Positions 5,201 through 6,581 of a DNA stretch of 6,581 bases are shown here, piece by piece. The DNA comes from Nanopusillaceae archaeon (GTDB taxonomy: Archaea > Nanobdellota > Nanobdellia > Nanobdellales > Nanobdellaceae): NCBI GenBank assembly GCA_049973735.1, contig JBMFJL010000031.1, positions 1-6,581 on the forward strand. The letters are read 5' to 3'. The position numbers were made by a program, and so were the translations under genes. The first letter of the stretch is position 1. The number at the start of each line of letters is the position of its first letter. The notes beneath the pieces are model-generated. The model was not told where the DNA came from and did no database searches. It saw only the letters and a list, made by a program, of their open reading frames with translations.

Positions 5201-6581
5201 ATGAATGAAACAATAAGGGGTTTAGAAATAGATATAAGCGATAGATTAAAAGTTTTAAATGAAATGAAAAATAAAGGCTATAATCCATATCCATATGAGT
5301 TTGATAAGTCAAATGATGTTAAAGAAATAATAGAAAATCCTGATAAGTTTATTGATAAGTATGTAAAAATCGCTGGAAGGATATATTCAATAAGAAAACA
5401 TGGTGGAATAGTTTTTTATGATCTAAAAGAGGAAGGATATAAGATACAAGTAGTAATAAAAAAAGATATTACAAAAAATTATGAAGATGCATATAATTTT
5501 ATTCAAAGAGGTGATATAGTAGGATTTTATGGAAAAGTTGGAAGAACAAAAGCTGGAGAATTATCTGTATTTGCAGAAGAATGGATAATATTAACTAAAG
5601 CGCTAATATCTCTACCAGACCAATGGTACGGATTTAGTGATGTGGAAGAAAGGTATAGAAAAAGATATTTAGATATGATAATGAATAGCAGAGTATTGGA
5701 AATATTTAAAATAAGATCTAAAGTTATAAGTTATATTAGAAAATTCTTTGAAGATAGGGGATATATTGAAGTACAAACTCCAATATTACAACCAATATAT
5801 GGCGGAGCAAATGCAAAACCATTTATTACATATGTAAATGATCTAAAAGAAAACTGGTATTTAAGAATTGCACCAGAATTGTATTTGAAAAGATATATGG
5901 TTGGAGGATTTAACAAAGTATTTGAAATTGCAGTAGATTTTAGAAACGAATCAATAGATACTACACACAATCCTGAATTTACAATGTTAGAAGCATATGA
6001 GGCATATGCAAATAGGGACAAAATGATGGAATTAGTTGAAAATTTAGTATATGGTATTGCTAAGGATGCAATTGGAAAGGATTATATTGAATATAATGGA
6101 CAAAAGATATCTTTGAAACCACCCTGGAAAAGAATAACAATGAAAGATGCATTGAAAGAATATGCTGGTATTGATGTGGATAAATTATCTGATGAAGAGA
6201 TAAAAGAGCTATTAATAAAATATAATGTAAAATTTGAATTAAAAGAATTTAATAGGGGATTAGCGATTACTGCATTATTTGAAGAATTGGTTGAAGATAA
6301 ATTGATAGAACCAACATATATAATCGAGCATCCAAAAGAATCTACTCCACTGTGTAAATTGAGTAGAAAAGATCCATCACTAGTTGAAAGAGCTGAGGGA
6401 TATATTCTAGGAGTTGAAATTGCAAATATATATTCAGAATTAAATGATCCGATATTACAGAATAAATTATTATTGGAACAGGCTAGAATGAGAGAATTGG
6501 GATTTGAAGAAGCACATTTATATGATCAAGATTTTGTAGAAGCATTAATGTATGGAATGCCTCCTGCAGGTGGATTGGGAT
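5201..6581 (+). CDS. lysS: Lysine--tRNA ligase, class II (LysRS2), 3'-partial (runs off the window)
   Basis: Not in the supplied ORF track. I translated it by hand from ATG 5201, giving 460 codons with no stop to base 6580. It begins MNETIRGLEIDISDRLKVLNEMKNKGYNPYPYEF, followed by an OB-fold region (VKIAGRIYSIRKHGGIVFYDL). Class II LysRS signatures follow in order: ERYRKRYLDMIMN, GYIEVQTPIL, GGANAKPF, YLRIAPELYLKR, FRNESIDTTHNPEFTMLEAYEAYA, EIANIYSELNDP, DQDFVEALMYGMPPAGGLG. Confidence 0.95.
   Translation, partial: MNETIRGLEIDISDRLKVLNEMKNKGYNPYPYEFDKSNDVKEIIENPDKFIDKYVKIAGRIYSIRKHGGIVFYDLKEEGYKIQVVIKKDITKNYEDAYNFIQRGDIVGFYGKVGRTKAGELSVFAEEWIILTKALISLPDQWYGFSDVEERYRKRYLDMIMNSRVLEIFKIRSKVISYIRKFFEDRGYIEVQTPILQPIYGGANAKPFITYVNDLKENWYLRIAPELYLKRYMVGGFNKVFEIAVDFRNESIDTTHNPEFTMLEAYEAYANRDKMMELVENLVYGIAKDAIGKDYIEYNGQKISLKPPWKRITMKDALKEYAGIDVDKLSDEEIKELLIKYNVKFELKEFNRGLAITALFEELVEDKLIEPTYIIEHPKESTPLCKLSRKDPSLVERAEGYILGVEIANIYSELNDPILQNKLLLEQARMRELGFEEAHLYDQDFVEALMYGMPPAGGLG

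Noticed and set aside
5731-6021. Minus-strand ORF of 96 aa, the only track entry in the last 1.4 kb
   Set aside because: It lies antisense to the class II LysRS motif 1 and motif 2 region. The + frame is open for 460 codons with canonical synthetase signatures, so this ORF is spurious.
1-6581. CRISPR arrays, insertion-sequence ends, integrase or att-like repeats, tRNA/rRNA genes, or a recoded genetic code
   Set aside because: I saw no spaced direct repeats, terminal inverted repeats or GC-rich RNA-like islands on either strand. Non-coding space totals about 100 nt or less. TGA, TAA and TAG each terminate at least one well-supported ORF.

Overview
This is an AT-rich, very compact window with three strand blocks: + at 1-2983, - at 2978-5156, and + from 5201 to the end. 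If 1-30 is coding, only 75 nt lie outside ORFs (1487-1510, 3806-3811, 4544, 5157-5200). The gene content looks archaeal and housekeeping. It holds an MBF1-like HTH protein, a DedA/YqaA-like membrane protein, a DUF99/UPF0215 protein, SecD, an endonuclease IV-like TIM-barrel protein, the tRNA m1A methyltransferase TrmI and a MarC-family membrane protein. It also holds a class II lysyl-tRNA synthetase, which is missing from the ORF track because it runs off the 3' edge. I found no CRISPR array, mobile element, tRNA/rRNA gene, long repeat or recognisable defence module. I therefore cannot support a claim that a novel system is present. The points worth a second look are modest. They are the class II LysRS in an archaeal context, a 44-bp divergent spacer with near-palindromic back-to-back TATA-like boxes implying leaderless transcripts, and convergent genes overlapping stop-to-stop. 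Also notable are a tightly coupled MBF1 / DedA-like / DUF99 string and a solo SecD with Cys pairs and glycosylation sequons. All homology calls come from motif recognition by eye, not database searches.
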